Below are positions 43,069 through 53,248 of a stretch of DNA of 64,000 nt, piece after piece (within the stretch, counting starts at the first letter, position 1; each line of letters begins with the position of its first letter). Origin of the DNA: Candidatus Limihabitans stercoravium (lineage in GTDB: Bacteria; Bacillota; Clostridia; Christensenellales; CAG-314); the NCBI GenBank assembly GCA_018715495.1, contig DVLO01000007.1, positions 15,119 through 79,118 on the forward strand, given 5' to 3'. The position numbers and the translations under genes are program-made. The notes beneath the pieces were generated by a model, which saw nothing but the letters and a program-made list of their open reading frames with translations, was not told where the DNA came from and made no database searches.

Positions 43069-43452
43069 TCAACCATGTAACTGCCGATATTTTTCCACCG
43101 CTTCCTGATACTTGGCGGACAACTTGATGAGATAGGTCTGCCTTTCGTAGGCGTTCAATGTACTCATGTAGTTTTTGTCGGCAAGAATACTGATGGGATT
43201 GGAAACGATGTGTTCGCTTGTCAGAATTTCCTCTACCTTCTGCTGGAACAGCCTTTCCCTGTTGTACCCTTCACTGTCGTAAATCATCCTTTCCAACTGA
43301 CGGTGCTGTTGTTCACGCACGGCAACACAGTCAAGCCCCTTAGTGACTGCAACTTGCTTTTCCATCTCAAGACGGTTGCGTGTTTCCTGCCAAAATCCGC
43401 TCTTCATCCTTTGCTTAGCCTGTTGTGCAAACTTCTTAAATGTACCTTTCAC
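43069..43452 (-). CDS. Hypothetical protein (helical, charged, no family recognised)
   Basis: 127-aa ORF with a clean start. Lies between the rpsU terminator and recX. Confidence 0.55.
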   Translation of the reverse strand: MKGTFKKFAQQAKQRMKSGFWQETRNRLEMEKQVAVTKGLDCVAVREQQHRQLERMIYDSEGYNRERLFQQKVEEILTSEHIVSNPISILADKNYMSTLNAYERQTYLIKLSAKYQEAVEKYRQLHG

Positions 43453-43486
43453 TGTCTTTACCCCTTCTTAATTTGTATTTCGGCGC

Positions 43487-43520
43487 AAAAAATAAACTGC
43501 CCGTCCAATTGGAACAAGCA
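43487..43520 (-). terminator. Intrinsic terminator after rpsU
   Basis: Minus sense aaactgc...gcagttt hairpin followed by aTTTTTTg. Confidence 0.65.
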
Positions 43521-43546
43521 GTTTTATCTTTAGTGAAAATACGATA

Positions 43547-43726
43547 TTAGTTTTTGGAATTACGCTTTCTAGCAGCTTCAGCCTTCTTCTTACGACGAAC
43601 GCTTGGCTTTTCGTAATGTTCCTTCTTGCGGAGGTCTCCGATGATGCCGTCACGTGCACATCTTCTCTTAAATCTACGCAATGCGCTGTCCAAAGTTTCG
43701 TTTTCACCAACTCTGATTGTAGACAT
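43547..43726 (-). CDS. rpsU: 30S ribosomal protein S21
   Basis: Trimmed to [21 protein letters not shown] with AAGGAGG upstream. Confidence 0.95.
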   Translation of the reverse strand: MSTIRVGENETLDSALRRFKRRCARDGIIGDLRKKEHYEKPSVRRKKKAEAARKRNSKN

Positions 43727-43789
43727 ATTTTCGCCTCCTTCCCCACTGTGGGTCAAACTACAGACCTGCCAAAGGCAAATCTATTGTAC

Positions 43790-43818
43790 ATTTTACCTAA
43801 TGCCGTCCTTTTTGTCAA
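43790..43818 (-). promoter_or_regulatory. Sigma-A-type promoter for rpsU
   Basis: Minus sense TTGACA, 17 nt, TAAAAT. Confidence 0.6.
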
Positions 43819-43859
43819 CGATTTGAAATAAAAAAAACGTCAACAAAATACCTGCACAA

Positions 43860-44264
43860 TTACTGTAATTTGAGTTGATTGTGCAATTGTTTGAGGTCGA
43901 TACCAAGCTTTTCTCTTTCAGGCCACAGGTTGACTCCGTCATCCGCCTTACGTGGTAATATGTGCATATGTAAATGCATTACAGATTGACCTGCAGACAC
44001 ACCGCTGTTGTTGATGATGTTTACCCCGTCGAAACCGCAGTTGTCAACGTAGTGTCTTGAAATCTTTTGCACCGCTGTCATGATGCCTGCAAGAGTTTCG
44101 CTGTCGCAGTCAAGCATGTTTTCGCAATGCTTCTTGGAAACTACCAACGTGTGACCGTAGTAGTCTTCCGCAATGTCCAAAAATGCGTAGACGTTGTCGT
44201 CTTCGTAAATCTTGTAGCTGGGAATATCCCCCTTGATAATTTTACAAAAAATACAATCTGTCAT
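43860..44264 (-). CDS. HIT family (histidine triad) protein
   Basis: 134 aa. CIFCKI and HLHMHILP. Confidence 0.92.
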   Translation of the reverse strand: MTDCIFCKIIKGDIPSYKIYEDDNVYAFLDIAEDYYGHTLVVSKKHCENMLDCDSETLAGIMTAVQKISRHYVDNCGFDGVNIINNSGVSAGQSVMHLHMHILPRKADDGVNLWPEREKLGIDLKQLHNQLKLQ

Positions 44265-45496
44265 ACTAGTTCTCCTTTTACACCGTCTTTAAAAATTTCC
44301 GTTGCAACTACATTTACAATCTGACCTTCACTGACGTTACCTTTAAAATACACCCTTGTGTAATCACTTGAGTAGCCTTCCCACAATCCGTTGCGACAGC
44401 GTTCGGCAAGAACGTCCTTGGTTTTTCCCATTTGTTGATTAAGAAACTTGTTTTTCAAACTTTCCTTGATTTTTCCCAACTCATGCGCACGGCGGTTCTT
44501 GGTTTCGCCGTCCACGTCCGTCATTGTTCGGTACGCCACTGTACCAACTCTTGGCGAATAGGGGAACACGTGAATGTCGGAAAATCCTACCTTTTCCACA
44601 AACCGACAGGTTTCAAGAAATTCATCTTCCGTTTCGCCGCAAAATCCCACAATGACGTCCGTTGTAAATGCGGCGTCGGGGAAGTAACTGCGTATCAGTT
44701 GTACACCCTTCAAAAATTCGTCCGTTGTGTAGTGTCTGTTCATGCGTTTCAACACGCTGTCACTGCCGCTCTGCAACGACAGGTGGAAATGCGGACAGAA
44801 ATCCTTGTTCTTCAAACTCTTTAAAACCTCTTCGGTAAGTGCGCTTTCTTCAAGACTGCCCAATCTGTAACGTTTGTGTTGGGGCAGAGCGTCAAACAAC
44901 TGTTGCAGAGAAGTTCCGTTGTCTTTACCGAATTGTGTTATGTCGATACCGATCAGCACCACTTCATGAGATTGGCACTGATTGACTTCACGTACAATGT
45001 CGTCAATGTTTCGGCTACGGCTACGTCCACGCAGATACGGTACAATACAGTAACTGCAAAAGTGATTACAACCGTCCTGAATCTTGACAAAACTGCGTGT
45101 GCGTTGGTCTTCGGCAAAGAGTGTTTCGCTGTACTTTTCTTCCAAAGGCAACACTTCAACACCAACGTTGTCTAAAATGTCGGCAACATTTGTCTTGCCC
45201 GTCGTACCCTTGACAAAACTTACATTTGCAAGATGTTCGAACTGCCCTGCATTGTGTTGAGATGCACACCCCATTACAACAATGCGGCAATCGGGATTGA
45301 GTCTTCTTGCCCTTGTTACCGCCTGACGGGACTTGCGTTCCGCTTCCCCCGTAATGGCGCAGGTATTCAACACGAATACATCGGCTTTTTCCAGTTTGTC
45401 GGTGGCTTGATGCCCTAGCTGTTTTAATGCCGAAATTATCTGTTGACTTTCGTAAAAATTGGTCTTGCAACCAAGAGTAAATACACTGATTTTCAT
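44261..45496 (-). CDS. mtaB: tRNA methylthiotransferase MtaB (MiaB-like radical SAM, YqeV-type)
   Basis: 411 aa. TLGCKTNFYES, radical SAM CNHFCSYCIVP and a TRAM domain. Conserved rsmE-mtaB context. Confidence 0.88.
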   Translation of the reverse strand: MKISVFTLGCKTNFYESQQIISALKQLGHQATDKLEKADVFVLNTCAITGEAERKSRQAVTRARRLNPDCRIVVMGCASQHNAGQFEHLANVSFVKGTTGKTNVADILDNVGVEVLPLEEKYSETLFAEDQRTRSFVKIQDGCNHFCSYCIVPYLRGRSRSRNIDDIVREVNQCQSHEVVLIGIDITQFGKDNGTSLQQLFDALPQHKRYRLGSLEESALTEEVLKSLKNKDFCPHFHLSLQSGSDSVLKRMNRHYTTDEFLKGVQLIRSYFPDAAFTTDVIVGFCGETEDEFLETCRFVEKVGFSDIHVFPYSPRVGTVAYRTMTDVDGETKNRRAHELGKIKESLKNKFLNQQMGKTKDVLAERCRNGLWEGYSSDYTRVYFKGNVSEGQIVNVVATEIFKDGVKGELV

Positions 45497-46215
45497 TGTC
45501 TACCTAAAATACCGTCCAACAACGACAGAACGTAAAGGGGAGCTGTTTCGGCACGCAAAATACGTTTGCCCAAAGTTATACCAACCGCACCGCTGTTTAT
45601 TGCAAGTTCCACTTCTTCGGGAGCAAATCCCCCTTCACTGCCGATGACTACCGCAATTTTTTGTGGACGTTCGGGCAAAACATCGAAAAGGGTTGTGTAT
45701 TGTTGCTTTTCGTAACACATCAATGAAATGTCGTAAGCCGACAACTGTCGGCACACTTCATTGAACGTCATGTGGTAAACTTCCACAAGCACAGCCCTTC
45801 CGCACTGTTTGGACGCTTCAAGCGCAATACGGTTCAATCTTTCCAGTTTTTTTTCATCACAACCGCCCACTGTATACTTGCTGTCGAAAAGCACTACTCT
45901 GTTGACACCCAATTCCACAGCCTTTTGTACAACAAAGTCGTTCTTGTCCCCCTTGCATACACCGAAATACAGTGTTGTGTCGTAGGAATTTTCCGAATCA
46001 GACTGCTTACTGCTCAATATTGTAAGTTTGACGCACTTACTGTCAATGGAATCCACACGTGACAGGTGTTCCATTCCGTCGTTGAAACAAATTATTGCTT
46101 CATCACCCACACGCATACGCAGTACACGTGCCATGTGATGATACTGACTTTCTACTGTAATTGTGTCGCCATTCCTTTCTTCGGAAAGGGCGAAAAATCT
46201 GCGAACCTGACTCAT
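45493..46215 (-). CDS. rsmE: 16S rRNA (uracil1498-N3)-methyltransferase RsmE
   Basis: Trimmed to MSQVRRFF (ATGA overlap with prmA). HHMARVLRMRVGD and IGSEGGF motifs. Confidence 0.88.
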   Translation of the reverse strand: MSQVRRFFALSEERNGDTITVESQYHHMARVLRMRVGDEAIICFNDGMEHLSRVDSIDSKCVKLTILSSKQSDSENSYDTTLYFGVCKGDKNDFVVQKAVELGVNRVVLFDSKYTVGGCDEKKLERLNRIALEASKQCGRAVLVEVYHMTFNEVCRQLSAYDISLMCYEKQQYTTLFDVLPERPQKIAVVIGSEGGFAPEEVELAINSGAVGITLGKRILRAETAPLYVLSLLDGILGRQ

Positions 46216-47123
46216 AGGCGTTCCAGAAGAAGGGCTGTCCATTCGCCCTCGCTCATGCTGTCAATCTTGGTAAATCCTTGTTTGGAAAAGGCAAGTTCCA
46301 CCTTGTCCGCACGGTCGTTCAATATACCGCTCAACACAAGTTTACCCTTGGGCAACGTCACCTTGGTGATACCTTCGGCAAGTAGATACAGTATTTCCGC
46401 AGTGAGATTAGCAAATACAACAGGGAACTGTTCGTCGATGTCCTTGGCAAGGTCACCGCACACCACTGTGCATTTGTCAGTCAGTCCGTTTAAACCGGCG
46501 TTTACAAGAGTGGCTTCGGTAGCCTGCATGTCAATGTCGGTAAGAACTGCATGGTTTGCACCCTTTAAAAGTGCCGCAAGCCCCAGGATACCGCTTCCGC
46601 ATCCTACGTCAAGAACGCTCTTGCCCTTGACATCCGCCCTGTCCATCAATCTTATACACATAGCAGTTGTTTCGTGCTGACCGGTACCGAATGCCGAACC
46701 GCTGTCAAGATACAACACAGGCAATCCCTGTTGATTCTCTTCGGGAGTCATCCACTGTGGACACACGACAATACCGCCGATTCCCAAGGGGCGGAATGTC
46801 TTCTTCCAATTGTTTATCCACATGTCGCCGTCCACTTCGTCAACGGTGATGTTCAATGTTCCTGCGTCGGTAAGCCCTGACAGGTTTTGTCTTAAGTAAG
46901 CAAGGGCGTTTTCCACCTCTTCAATGTTGCAGTAGCCCTTGACAAGCACTTCGTCAGAGTAGTTGTTGACTGCGTTTTCGTCGGCGTAATCCCACGAACC
47001 GTTGTCGAAATCCTTGCGGTCGTAGATACTGACGCCGTCCATGCAACACTCCTGCAAAAAATACGCCACAAGTTCGCTTGTGGCTGTGTTTGTACTGACT
47101 GTAATTTGTGAGTAATTCTTCAT
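46212..47123 (-). CDS. prmA: Ribosomal protein L11 methyltransferase PrmA
   Basis: 303 aa. FGTGQHETT and VLDVGCGSGIL. Confidence 0.92.
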   Translation of the reverse strand: MKNYSQITVSTNTATSELVAYFLQECCMDGVSIYDRKDFDNGSWDYADENAVNNYSDEVLVKGYCNIEEVENALAYLRQNLSGLTDAGTLNITVDEVDGDMWINNWKKTFRPLGIGGIVVCPQWMTPEENQQGLPVLYLDSGSAFGTGQHETTAMCIRLMDRADVKGKSVLDVGCGSGILGLAALLKGANHAVLTDIDMQATEATLVNAGLNGLTDKCTVVCGDLAKDIDEQFPVVFANLTAEILYLLAEGITKVTLPKGKLVLSGILNDRADKVELAFSKQGFTKIDSMSEGEWTALLLERL

Positions 47124-47129
47124 GTCAAC

Positions 47130-47453
47130 CTACCCAATCAAGATGTCAATTAGTTTCTTGGCGTTTTCCCACTCACGCTTGTTCACAAGGTACAGCGCCT
47201 TACCACGTTCGGTGATTGTGTAGTACTTACGTGTTGCACCGACGTTTTCGCCCCATGTACCCTTGATACATTCCATGTCTTCAAGGCGGTGGTAAGCAGA
47301 ATACAAGCTCTGTTCGTTGGGAACGTACAGATTGTCCGTCTTCTTGGCAATGAACTTGCGTATTTCGTTGCCGTATTTAGTTCCGTCCATCAGCGCAGAC
47401 AACACAAATGTGTCGATGTGTCCACGCAACAGGTCACTTGAAATAACTTTCAT
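47130..47453 (-). CDS. PadR family transcriptional regulator
   Basis: Trimmed to MKVISSDLLRGHIDTFVLSAL with GGAGAAAGGAA upstream. Winged-helix YGNEI...SLYSAYHRLE....RKYYTITERG. Confidence 0.88.
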   Translation of the reverse strand: MKVISSDLLRGHIDTFVLSALMDGTKYGNEIRKFIAKKTDNLYVPNEQSLYSAYHRLEDMECIKGTWGENVGATRKYYTITERGKALYLVNKREWENAKKLIDILIG

Positions 47454-47482
47454 TTCCTTTCTCCTATGTCTAACATAAAAAG

Positions 47483-47517
47483 AATACCACTTTACATCAC
47501 ATTTGTAAAGTGGTATT
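47483..47517 (-). promoter_or_regulatory. Perfect 14-bp inverted repeat between dnaJ and padR (terminator hairpin and/or PadR operator)
   Basis: aataccactttaca-tcacatt-tgtaaagtggtatt. On the minus strand it is followed by cTTTTTat. It also embeds a TTTACA, 17 nt, TATTCT promoter-like arrangement. Confidence 0.6.
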
Positions 47518-47564
47518 GCCAAATAAAAAATAAATGTCAAGTTGTTCTCTTGTGACAAGCTGCG

Positions 47565-48683
47565 TTACTTGTTGTTGTACATCTTGGCTGTTTCATCCAG
47601 AAATTCCTTACGCTTTGGATAGCTACTGATTGTGGAATCTCTTTCGAAGTCTTCTAAAGCCTTCTTCTGCGAACGGCTGATACTGCGTGGAACTTCCACC
47701 TTGAATGTAACGTACAAATCGCCCGAACCACGACCTGACCTTATACCCTTGCCACGGAAACGCACCGTTTCGCCATTGCCCGAACCTGCGGAAAGTTTGT
47801 GTACAAACATGCCGTCAAGCGATGGGATTTCCACTTCGCCACCCATTACTGCGGTGGAAAATGTTACGGGAACTTCGGTGTAGATGTCAAGATTTCTGCG
47901 GCTGAACACCTTGCTTGGTTTGATACTGAGTACCAGCAGAAGATTGCCGTTTCTTCCTGTACCTCTGGGCGCATTGCCTTCGCCTGCAATCTGCAAGACC
48001 GAACCGTTCTCCACTCCTGCAGGAATTGTTACGTTCATTACCTTCTTCTTTCTCACAACACCGCTACCGCCACAATCGGTGCACTTGTCCGTTACAATCT
48101 TACCGGTACCGTTACAGTTGTTGCACACGCCCACGGTGATCTGTTGACCGAAAAGAGTGTTCTGGGTATATCTCACCTGACCTGTACCGTTACACTTGGG
48201 GCAAGTCTTCAACGAATCGGCATTTTTAGCGCCTGTGCCGTTACATGTACCACAACGTTCCATGCGGGTGAAACTCACCGATTTCTTGACGCCCAATGCC
48301 GCTTCCATGAATGTAAGTTCAATTGTCTGCGTGATGTCTGCGCCCACGGGTTGCTGAGCAGTACGACGTCTTGCGCCGCCACCCATGAAACCGCTGAAAA
48401 TATCGAAGATGTCGTCAAAACCGCTAGCCGTAAAGCCACCGCCGCCACTAAACGGATTGAAACCTTGTCCCTCATCCATTTCGCCACGGTCGTATTTCGC
48501 CCTCTTGTCGGCATCGCCCAAGACAGAGTACGCCTCATTACATTCCTTGAACTTTTCGGCGCTCACCTTGTCGTCGGGGTGCAGGTCGGGGTGATACTTC
48601 TTGGCTAACTTGCGGTAAGCCGACTTGATTTCATCCTGCGACGCAGTTTTTTCCACGCCCAGAATCTTGTAGTAGTCTTTCAT
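47565..48683 (-). CDS. dnaJ: Molecular chaperone DnaJ
   Basis: J domain with HPD, a G/F region and four CxxCxGxG zinc motifs. Confidence 0.97.
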   Translation of the reverse strand: MKDYYKILGVEKTASQDEIKSAYRKLAKKYHPDLHPDDKVSAEKFKECNEAYSVLGDADKRAKYDRGEMDEGQGFNPFSGGGGFTASGFDDIFDIFSGFMGGGARRRTAQQPVGADITQTIELTFMEAALGVKKSVSFTRMERCGTCNGTGAKNADSLKTCPKCNGTGQVRYTQNTLFGQQITVGVCNNCNGTGKIVTDKCTDCGGSGVVRKKKVMNVTIPAGVENGSVLQIAGEGNAPRGTGRNGNLLLVLSIKPSKVFSRRNLDIYTEVPVTFSTAVMGGEVEIPSLDGMFVHKLSAGSGNGETVRFRGKGIRSGRGSGDLYVTFKVEVPRSISRSQKKALEDFERDSTISSYPKRKEFLDETAKMYNNK

Positions 48684-48705
48684 TATTTATACCTCATCAT
48701 TACAC

Positions 48706-48733
48706 ATTGCACGCAACGGTTGTTGCGTGCAAT
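48706..48733 (-). promoter_or_regulatory. 12-bp stem hairpin between dnaK and dnaJ (no U-tract; possible processing or stability element)
   Basis: attgcacgcaac-nnnn-gttgcgtgcaat. Confidence 0.4.
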
Positions 48734-48745
48734 GGTAAACTGTCA

Positions 48746-50566
48746 TTACTTGTTGTCGTCGGAAACGTCGTACTTGACTTCTTCGCCCGTCTGAGGATCG
48801 GTTGTGCTACCTTGCTGAGAGTTTTGAGCTGCTTGTTGGTAGAACTTCTGGAAGATAGATGCGCTTGCCTGAGCAATACGATCTGTTTCCGCCTTCATTT
48901 CATCGGATGTACCCTTTTCAAGTACTTCCTTGCCCTTCTTGATTTCTTCTTCAAGTTTAGCCTTGTCGTCAGCGTCCAGCTTGTCGCCGCTTTCACGGAT
49001 GAACTGTTCAAGTGACAGGATCATCTGGTCAAGACCGTTACGGTTTTCAACTTCCTGCTTACGCTTCTTGTCTTCTTCGGCGTACTTTTCGGCATCCTTG
49101 ATAGCCTTGTCGATATCTGCTTCGGAAAGGTTTGTAGAAGATGTGATGGTAACGGATTGTTCTTTCTGAGTACCAAGATCCTTAGCTGTTACGTGTACGA
49201 TACCGTTAGCGTCGATGTCGAACTTAACTTCGATCTGAGGGATACCTCTTGGAGCAGGAGCAATACCTGTCAAGGAGAAACGTCCCAAAGTCTTGTTGTC
49301 GGCAGCCATTTCACGTTCGCCTTGCAATACGTGAATGTCAACGCTTGTCTGGTTGTCGGCAGCTGTAGAGAAGATCTGCGACTTGCTTGTGGGGATTGTT
49401 GTGTTACGTTCGATAAGTTTAGCTGTAACACCGCCCAAAACTTCGATACCAAGTGACAACGGAGTAACGTCCAACAAAAGAACGTCCTTTACTTCGCCGC
49501 CAAGTACACCGCCTTGAATTGCTGCACCGATTGCAACACATTCATCGGGGTTGATGCCCTTGTAGGGTTCTTTACCTGTAAACTTCTTAACTGCTTCAAC
49601 AACGGCAGGGATACGTGTAGAACCACCAACCAGGATTACACGATTGATGTCGTTGTAAGTAAGACCTGCGTCGTGCATAGCCTGCTTCATGGGTTCGATT
49701 GTCTTCTTGATGATTCCGTCAATCAGAGATTCGAACTTAGCACGTGTGATTTCCACTTCAAGGTGTTTAGGACCTGTTGCGTCAGCTGTGATGAAGGGCA
49801 GTGAAACTGTTGTCTTCAATGTGCTGCTCAATTCAATCTTAGCCTTTTCAGCAGCTTCCTTCAATCTCTGCATTGCCTGCTTGTCATTGGACAAGTCAAT
49901 ACCGTTGGACTTCTTGAATTCGTCAATCAGATACTTCATGATGATTTCATCGATGTCATCACCGCCCAGACGGTTGTTACCGTTTGTAGCAAGAACTTCG
50001 AATACGCCGTCGCCGATTTCAAGAATAGATACGTCGAATGTACCGCCGCCCAAGTCGTAAATCAAGATCTTCTGGTTCTTGTTTTCGCCCTTGTCAAGAC
50101 CGTAAGCAAGTGCTGCGGCTGTGGGTTCGTTGATGATACGCAATACTTCAAGTCCTGCAATCTTACCTGCGTCCTTAGTAGCCTGTCTCTGTGCGTCAGA
50201 GAAGTAAGCAGGTACTGTGATTACAGCTTGTGTTACCTTTTCGCCAAGGTAACTTTCGGCATCTGCCTTCAATTTGGAAAGAATGATACCGCTGATTTCT
50301 TGCGGTGAGTACTTCTTTCCGTCAATTTCTACTGTGTGATTTGTTCCCATTTCACGCTTGATGGACAAAACTGTGCGGTCGCCGTTTACAACTGCTTGTC
50401 TTTTAGCAACCTGTCCTACAAGTCTTTCGCCGTCCTTAGTAAAACCTACGATAGACGGGGTTGTACGATTTCCTTCAGAGTTGGTGATTACAACCGGTTC
50501 ACCACCTTCCAAAACTGCGACACAACTGTTAGTTGTTCCCAAGTCAATACCAATAATCTTTCCCAT
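48746..50566 (-). CDS. dnaK: Molecular chaperone DnaK
   Basis: [18 protein letters not shown]. 606 aa. Confidence 0.98.
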   Translation of the reverse strand: MGKIIGIDLGTTNSCVAVLEGGEPVVITNSEGNRTTPSIVGFTKDGERLVGQVAKRQAVVNGDRTVLSIKREMGTNHTVEIDGKKYSPQEISGIILSKLKADAESYLGEKVTQAVITVPAYFSDAQRQATKDAGKIAGLEVLRIINEPTAAALAYGLDKGENKNQKILIYDLGGGTFDVSILEIGDGVFEVLATNGNNRLGGDDIDEIIMKYLIDEFKKSNGIDLSNDKQAMQRLKEAAEKAKIELSSTLKTTVSLPFITADATGPKHLEVEITRAKFESLIDGIIKKTIEPMKQAMHDAGLTYNDINRVILVGGSTRIPAVVEAVKKFTGKEPYKGINPDECVAIGAAIQGGVLGGEVKDVLLLDVTPLSLGIEVLGGVTAKLIERNTTIPTSKSQIFSTAADNQTSVDIHVLQGEREMAADNKTLGRFSLTGIAPAPRGIPQIEVKFDIDANGIVHVTAKDLGTQKEQSVTITSSTNLSEADIDKAIKDAEKYAEEDKKRKQEVENRNGLDQMILSLEQFIRESGDKLDADDKAKLEEEIKKGKEVLEKGTSDEMKAETDRIAQASASIFQKFYQQAAQNSQQGSTTDPQTGEEVKYDVSDDNK

Positions 50567-50631
50567 AATCTATAATCTCCTTTAAGTAAAATTTCTATTT
50601 AAACGGGAAGTCACATCCGTTTCTTCCCAAA

Positions 50632-51246
50632 TTACTGTCCTACAACTACTTCGGCGTAACGAAGCACCTTGTCGCCCAGCATGTAGCCGTCCTTGTAAAC
50701 TTCTACTACAATGTCTTGCTTGCCTTCTTCGGCAGGCACTTTAGCCAATGCGTTCATTGTCATTGCGTCAAAGGGTTTGCCCATTACGTCCATCTTGACA
50801 ACGCCCAGTTCGGTCAGCACCTTTACAAACTGCTCTTCCACCATTTCAAATGCTTTCAGATTGTCGTCTGTGAGATGTTTTTTAGCCATATTGAATGTGT
50901 CAATGATGGGGAAAATGCGTTCTACCGCACTTGCAATGCCCTGTGACTTGCTGTTTTCTTCGTTGAAACGCATCCTGCGCTTGTAACTTTCGAAGTCATT
51001 TTTCATTGCTACAAGCTGATTTAAATAGGTGTCGCTCTTGTCTGCAGAAGATTGAAGTCTGTTGACCGTTGCCTGTAACTTTTCCTTTTCGGAAGTCAGC
51101 TTGTCATTTTCTTCAATCAACTTGCTGTTTTCTTCCACAAGTAACTTGTAGTTTTCTTCGCTGCGCTGCAACTGTTGTTCGACAGTAAGCTGTTCAGTTT
51201 CAGTCTGAACTTGCTGTTCAACATTGCTTTGTTCTTGTTGTTCCAT
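50632..51246 (-). CDS. grpE: Nucleotide exchange factor GrpE
   Basis: 204 aa. Coiled-coil N-terminus and C-terminal GY.L.DKVLR.A.V. Confidence 0.93.
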   Translation of the reverse strand: MEQQEQSNVEQQVQTETEQLTVEQQLQRSEENYKLLVEENSKLIEENDKLTSEKEKLQATVNRLQSSADKSDTYLNQLVAMKNDFESYKRRMRFNEENSKSQGIASAVERIFPIIDTFNMAKKHLTDDNLKAFEMVEEQFVKVLTELGVVKMDVMGKPFDAMTMNALAKVPAEEGKQDIVVEVYKDGYMLGDKVLRYAEVVVGQ

Positions 51247-51248
51247 TT

Positions 51249-52265
51249 CTACTCCTTTGGGTTGAGCATGTCCTGAAGTATCACTCCGATACGATCAAGT
51301 ACCGCTACAACCTTACTGTAATTCATTCTCATCGGTCCTATAACACCGAAATTACCGCTTACATTTCCGCCAAGATTGATTTTTGTCGACACCACCGAAC
51401 AACCTTCCGGAACACTGTCATCAACACCGATCTTGATGGAAAATCCTTCATTGTCATCTGTAAAGATTCGTGCCAGTTCGTCCTTGTGTTCCAATGTTGT
51501 CAAGAAACACTTGGCGTTGTTTACGTCCTTGTACTCACTGTGATTGAAGATGTTGTTGCTTCCCTCCGTCACAACGTCCATGCCGTTTGCAAGAGAAACC
51601 TTCTTCAATACATCGATGATCTTTTTAAACAGTGCGTTGAACTGCTCAAACTGACTGTTGACAAGTGCGTATGGGTAACTGAAATTCAAAAAGTCCGATA
51701 TGTGACGTCCTACGAAAATCTTGTTGAGCCAGTTTTCGGCGTAGGCAAGCATTTCCGCAGTGCAGTTGTCGGGAAGTTCCGCCACGGCGTCTTTCAACAA
51801 CCGTGAATCGGTAACAATGACAACCAGCATCTGTCCGTTGGAAAGGTCAAGCAACTTGATTGTCTTGATACAGTCGGACAAATCTTCCTTGACCACTACC
51901 GACGTGTAGTGAGTGACATCGGAAATCACCTTAGCAACTGCTGTAACCACATCTTCAACGTCAGACCACTTCTCAGAAAAGTACCTGTCAATCATGTCCA
52001 CTTCTGCAACGGTCAGAGGAGATGCGTGCATCAGTTCGTCAACGTAAATACGAAACGCCTTCTGTGACGGAATACGTCCTGCGCTGACATGGGGCTGAAC
52101 AAGGTAACCCATGCTTTCAAGCGCCGACAACTCATTACGTATCGTTGCAGAGGAACAATCACGCAGATGGTTTTGCTGAATGTCCTTACTGCTGATAGGA
52201 CTTGCAGTTTCAATGTAACTGTCCACTACTGCGCACAGTATCTTTTTCTTACGATCGGATAACAT
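51249..52265 (-). CDS. hrcA: Heat-inducible transcription repressor HrcA
   Basis: ATG at 52265 has GGAGG 8 nt upstream. LSDRKKKILCAVVDSYIETASPISSK is the canonical HrcA N-terminus. Confidence 0.95.
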   Translation of the reverse strand: MLSDRKKKILCAVVDSYIETASPISSKDIQQNHLRDCSSATIRNELSALESMGYLVQPHVSAGRIPSQKAFRIYVDELMHASPLTVAEVDMIDRYFSEKWSDVEDVVTAVAKVISDVTHYTSVVVKEDLSDCIKTIKLLDLSNGQMLVVIVTDSRLLKDAVAELPDNCTAEMLAYAENWLNKIFVGRHISDFLNFSYPYALVNSQFEQFNALFKKIIDVLKKVSLANGMDVVTEGSNNIFNHSEYKDVNNAKCFLTTLEHKDELARIFTDDNEGFSIKIGVDDSVPEGCSVVSTKINLGGNVSGNFGVIGPMRMNYSKVVAVLDRIGVILQDMLNPKE

Positions 52266-52300
52266 CAGCAAGCCCTCCTGTCACAAATATTTCCAGAGTG

Positions 52301-52327
52301 TTAGCACTCTCGATGTAAGACTGCTAA
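52301..52327 (-). promoter_or_regulatory. CIRCE operator (HrcA binding site)
   Basis: TTAGCACTC-N9-GACTGCTAA, one mismatch to the consensus TTAGCACTC-N9-GAGTGCTAA. Lies between the promoter and the hrcA RBS. Confidence 0.9.
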
Positions 52328-52338
52328 ATCTTGACTAA

Positions 52339-52367
52339 AATATACCACCGCACATCGGATTTGTCAA
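52339..52367 (-). promoter_or_regulatory. Sigma-A-type promoter of the hrcA-grpE-dnaK-dnaJ operon
   Basis: Minus sense TTGACA, 17 nt, TATATT, immediately upstream of CIRCE. Confidence 0.7.
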
Positions 52368-53248
52368 TAGTTTTGTGCAACTTTTAGAACTCTTTTACAA
52401 AAAAAATTGACAGATGCACGGCGTATGCACATTTACATTATACCGCAGTCGGGCAATCAATATACCAAAGGGAAAAACAGTTGTTTTAGGCACATCGACT
52501 TTGCCATGGCTTAATGGCTTTTTCGTCTGTGAACATTTAAAATTTAAACAGCAGTTGTCGGTACTATAGTATACAGCGAAGATGTTTTTTGACACGATGA
52601 ATTTACTTTCAAATATTGCATCTGCTTTAGAATCCCCGGACACTGAAAGAGTTCCCCTTCAGCCCCATTAAATCAATTGTACTACTGCCCACTTCGCCGT
52701 TGTTTACTTAATGTTTATTTTATATACAAATATATTTACTGGATAAATAGCAACACACACGACAAAGCCCCCCAACACTACTACTTCAAGTAAGACTTTA
52801 CCCCAAATACCCGTTTAACATCGCCATTTACTCACAATAAAAGACCATACTCAACCTAACTAGCAACCAGACATACCCACACAGAACATTACAAATCATT
52901 AAAAACCCATTTCACAACACACCACAAATCAACATTTAGAAACCGTAACAATTTGTTTACTGACATTCTTACAGTCCACCAATAGACACGTTTAGCAGTG
53001 CTGTTGCTCCACTCTCAATTCAACGTGTTTCAAGCTTTAAAATCATCTTGCAATTTAATTTAAACACGTCCAAATGCAAGTTTTGCCACTATAAAAACTT
53101 AAATTCTGTAACCCACACAATACAAGAAACGTGCGACCAACCTTTAAAGTCAATCGCACGCTGTTTACTGTTGTTCAGTTGGTTTCATGCATTTGTCAAT
53201 TGAGGATAAATCGCCAAACCGACTGATAAAACACCGTTTTACTTGCCG

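Noticed and set aside
52395-52643. 82-aa minus-strand ORF in the long spacer upstream of hrcA.
   Set aside because: It has a GTG start with marginal RBS spacing, a Cys-rich product without recognisable features, and a composition matching the surrounding non-coding tract. I could not support it as a gene.
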